A stretch of DNA of 63,812 nt, counting the filler, from Octopus bimaculoides (taxonomy: Eukaryota), in NCBI RefSeq assembly GCF_001194135.2. It is 5 parts of 5 records of this genome, joined end to end, with 100 filler letters (N's around TTAATTAATTAA, not from the genome) between each part and the next. Parts side by side here need not be neighbours in the genome. Positions count along the whole stretch, not along the records: positions 60,978 to 63,812 come from NC_068997.1; 4 more parts are not named here. The stretch is one strand, 5' to 3'. The position numbers were made by a program, and so were the translations under genes. Positions 61,045 through 63,812 of this stretch are shown here, piece after piece. How positions within the stretch are numbered: position 1 is the first letter of the stretch; each line of letters begins with the position of its first letter. Under the pieces are notes generated by a model. The model saw nothing but the letters and a program-made list of their open reading frames with translations. It ran no database searches and was not told the origin of the DNA.

Positions 61045-63545
61045 TATCCTCCAGGCTAGCTCCATTTTTTTAGGAGTTTTGTGATGGAAGCAACCTATTA
61101 ATCTGCAACATCAATTTCAGGAAGTCAGACAGCCACCTGATAATCTATCAATTAGGCGACTCTGCTAGCCAGATTGATTTCGTCTTCACCAGACAGCTGG
61201 ATGCATGGTTTCCCTTAAATACAAAGATCCTCCCTGGTGCAGAATGTACTCCTCAGCATAAACTCGTCATTAGTGACTTTAGACTCGAAGCCAGAAGGAT
61301 ACCAAGAAGCAGACTAATCCAGAAAAAAAAGATTTGGAAACTTAAGAACCCTTCACATGGTCAGAGGTTTAGGGACATCCTCATCGAGAAATTTGATGAG
61401 AGGGAGGAGAAGCTACAGACTTGTGACATAGAGGGTAACTGGAAATTCCTATGGGACAGCCTACTAAGCCCACAGACCAAATCTGAGAGAAAATTGTGAT
61501 GTCACAGGAGAGAAATGTGTCCGCATGGATGATGGTGCACTTGCTTTCAATGATTCCGCAAAGAAAGAGGCTTGGAGGTGCCATTATGAAAGGCTGATGA
61601 ATGGGTGGAGGAGAGCCTGCCGAATGTTGACCCAGTAGAGGGACCAGCTACTCGAATTGATAGCACCCTGTTAGATAAAGTAATTAAGGATATGAAGTAA
61701 GGAAAAGCCCCCGACCCATCAGGAATCACTGCTGAGATACTTAAAATATCTGGTGGTTGTGGGTTATGGTCTAGTCACCCGTATAGTAAATCAGGTAGTT
61801 CACAAAGGAGTCATACCCAATGAATGGTGCAGCAGCACCATATTCAGCTGCTACAAAGGTAAAGGTGATGCATTAGATTGAAATAATTACAAAGATAGCA
61901 AATTGTTGGATCAGGGAATAAAGTCATAGAGTGGGTCATAGCCCAACTAATTAGGAAGAGAGTCTGCTTAGATAAGATGCAGTTCGCTTTTGTGCCAGGG
62001 AGAAGCACCAACGATGCTATATTTCTGGTAAGGCAACTGCAGGAGAAATACCTAGCCAAAGATAAACCCCTATACTTAGCTTTTATTGACTTGGGGAAAG
62101 CCTTTGACAGGGTCCCCCGATCTCTTATCTGGTGTGTGATGCAGAAACTAGGGGTAGATGAGTGGTTAATAAGAGCTGTATAAGCCCTGTACAGGGATGC
62201 TGTCAGTAAGGTAAGGGTCGGCAATGAGTATAGTGAAGAATTCAGAGTAGAAGTAGGGGTTCACCCGGGATCAGTCCTCAGACCCCTCTTTTTCATCATA
62301 GTCCTCCAGGCAAAAACAGGAATTTTAGAGAGGCTTTTCCTGGGAGCTCTTCTATGCTGATGACCTTGCTCTCATAGCTGAATCACTACCAGAACTAGAG
62401 AAGAAATTTCAGGTGTGGAAGCAAGTTTCAGAATCGAAGGGCCTTAGAGTCAATGTGGCAAAAACCAAAGTCCTAGTAAGTAGGAAGGTGAAGAAATCAC
62501 AAACCCCTTCAGGTAGATGGCCCTGCTCGACCTGTAGAAAAGTTGTAGGTAGAAACTCCATAAGATGTACCCAGTGTAAACTATGGATGCATAAGAGGTG
62601 CAGCAACATCAAAGGAAGGTTAACCGGGATGATAGCTTTTGTGTGCAGCAAATGCACAGGGGCAATAAACACCAAAGATGCTCAGAAAACAGATTCCATC
62701 ACATGCCAGTGGGAGAAACTAGAAGCAGTTGATAGCTTCTGCTACCTAGGTGACCAAGTCTGTAGTGGGGGTGGATGCTCTGAGAGCATTGCGACTAGAA
62801 TAAGAATAGCCTGGGCAAAGTTTAGAAAGCTCCTACCTCTGCTGGTAACAAAGGGCCACTTGCTCAGAATGAAAGGTAGACTATGATGCATGTGTGCATA
62901 TTGCCATGCTACACGGCATTGAAACATGGGTCATGACTGTTGAGGATATACATAGGCTTGAAAGAAATGAAGCTAGTATGTTCCGCTGGATGTGTAATGT
63001 CACTGTGCACACACAACAGAGTGTAAGTGCCCTGAGAGAAATGTTGGACATAAGCATCAGATCTGGTGTGCAAGAGAATTAACTGCACTGGTGTGGTCAT
63101 GTGCTGTGTATGGATGAAGAAATCTGTGTGAAGTGTCTCTCCCTAACAATGACAGGAACCCGTGGAAGAGGGGAAACCTAGGAAGACATGGGGTGAGGTA
63201 GTGAAACACGACCTTTGAACGATGGGCTTCTCAGAGGCAATGACAAGAGACCATAACCTCTGGAGATATTCTGTGATTGAGAAGACCCGGCAAGTAAAGT
63301 GAGATCACAGCCATAGCCTATACTAGTGTCACATAACCAGCCCATTTAAAAAGTACCTTTGAATCATTGGGTGACACGCCATACTTGAGAAGACCTATTG
63401 AGTCAAGTAAAATCAAAATCACAATCTCAATCAAATCGAAATCAAAATGGAAATTGTAGTTGTGGCTGATGCCAGTGCCACCTGACTGGCTCCCCTGTAC
63501 TGGTAGCATGTAAAATGCACCATCTGAATGTGGTCGATGCCATAA
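61045..63545 (+). mobile_element. RTE-clade LINE (APE C-terminus, RT with embedded PHD finger, 3' UTR), decayed
   Basis: QIDFVFTR...TPQHKLVISDF; QFAFVPGRSTNDAIFLVRQLQEKY...AFIDLGKAFDRV; LLYADDL (62353-62364); C4HC3 at 62524-62655; FCYLGD; RIRIAWAKF; RLERNEASM. Confidence 0.93.
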
Positions 63546-63756
63546 TACATAGTCATTTGAATTAATTTTTAGAATCCAGCCATCCTTTCACACGGAATTT
63601 TGTCTGAAGTGACATATATATATATATAAGGGAACTGTTATTGTGTATGTATATCAGAAAATGTATATAAGTCAAAACAATTTGTTGGCCTTTTATGGTT
63701 TGTTTTAAATAATTGTTTGTTATATAATGTTATATTATATTCATAGTATCTCTCTA

Positions 63757-63787
<31 letters not shown>

Positions 63788-63812
63788 TTTATATATATAT
63801 ATATATATATAT

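Overview
AT-rich animal genomic DNA from a draft assembly (about 19 N-gaps totalling about 7 kb, mostly next to microsatellites). The two dominant tRNA-derived SINE families and the (TA)n/(TAA)n/(GAT)n/(GATA)n load point to an octopus/cephalopod genome; this is an inference from repeat families, not a database match. No intact host gene is recognisable, so the window looks intronic or intergenic, with only a few low-confidence exon candidates. It is a dense graveyard of decayed transposons: R4/Dong-like RLE non-LTR elements sitting in (TAA)n, RTE LINEs (one with an intact PHD finger inside the RT), Penelope-like elements, L1/Tx1 and CR1 scraps, Gypsy gag and integrase scraps, mariner, pogo and hAT DNA transposons, non-autonomous Helitrons and about 17 SINE copies. 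The most notable non-ORF signal is a type I hammerhead ribozyme with an intact core on the minus strand (37686-37790) next to a Penelope-like element, plus a decayed sibling near 58.2 kb. Other notable structures: 5'-inverted (twin-priming-like) retrotransposon copies in up to three clades, a mariner-derived fold-back and a TSD-bounded hAT deletion derivative. There is no CRISPR, rRNA or prokaryotic system. Coordinates of decayed elements are approximate (tens of bp).
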